This document shows, piece by piece, positions 31,750 to 32,110 of a stretch of DNA of 32,110 bases. The DNA is taken from contig JARQWU010000103.1 in NCBI GenBank assembly GCA_040182905.1, positions 1-32,110 on the forward strand, written 5' to 3'. A model generated the notes under the pieces. That model made no database searches. It saw only the letters and a list, made by a program, of their open reading frames with translations, and was not told the DNA's origin. The DNA comes from Barthelona sp. PAP020 (taxonomy: Eukaryota). Numbering within the stretch: the first letter of the stretch is position 1; every line of letters starts with the position of its first letter. Both the position numbers and the translations under genes were made by a program.

Positions 31750-32110
31750 TTTTTCTTGTTGTACGAACCTTTTCCAGAACTTTCCCAAATTGGAGGCTGG
31801 GAAACTCAGTTGACTAATAAATAATAAACCTTTATCTTTATTCTTTTCGGGGGGTCCAGCGTTCCTGAAAGGAACCTCTCTTTTTTGAGACCTACTCTTT
31901 CATAGGCTGTCATAGGAGAGCTATGCCCTGTGCGGGGTGTGAACCTGCATTAATAATTGCTCAAAAGAGCTTAACGCTCCGATATTTTAAAAATTTATCC
32001 TAATTGTGCAACTTTTCATACATTCACCGTGGTAGGTCAAAAATTTGGGGGTAGGTTAAGGAAAAGTTCCGTACCTTGAGGGAAAAAGGAAGAATCGGAA
32101 AATTTCGATT
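31750..32110 (+). ncRNA. Candidate large structured non-coding RNA, family unassigned
   Basis: GC-enriched, no ORF, long-range pairing of 31750-31815 with 32033-32087, six consecutive internal hairpins, and G-U wobbles that work on the + strand. Confidence 0.55.

Noticed and set aside
31782..31800. Alu/SRP-like TCCCA..GGAGGCTG
   Set aside because: No preceding helix 3 or UGUNR motif, and no helix-8 CAGG/AGCA motif in the element.
31847..31960. TPP riboswitch resemblance (TCGGGG..., TGAGA, GAACCTG)
   Set aside because: No P5 stem or CGUAGGGA 3' strand, and the element spacing does not fit.
1..32110. Non-standard genetic code (TAR=Gln)
   Set aside because: TAA, TAG and TGA each end genes at their expected C-termini, and conserved ORFs have no internal stops.

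Overview
AT-rich, gene-dense, intron-poor eukaryotic DNA from a flagellated protist; the ciliary genes (meckelin, DZIP1-like, BBOF1/CFAP157-like) indicate flagella. The compact layout and tiny introns with the branch point next to the 3' splice site resemble metamonads, but that placement is inference. The genetic code is standard. About 18 protein genes are present: a CX5R phosphatase, a Canopy-like ER protein, meckelin, uridine phosphorylase, a DDX24/Mak5-like helicase, a PiT phosphate transporter, an EEF1AKMT4/METTL13-like methyltransferase, PIF1, a tenascin-like EGF glycoprotein, a DZIP1-like protein, an atypical PRPP synthetase, a degenerate 2-hydroxyacid dehydrogenase, casein kinase I, a GH25 lysozyme and several unknowns. 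Three 36-41 nt spliceosomal introns repair genes that the ORF track splits or truncates. The most intriguing non-coding signal is a GC-enriched element of about 350 nt at 31750-32110 that folds on the + strand into a long rod closing a cluster of six hairpins; I could not assign it to a known RNA family. Two smaller intergenic ncRNA candidates lie near 12.9 kb and 18.3-18.4 kb.
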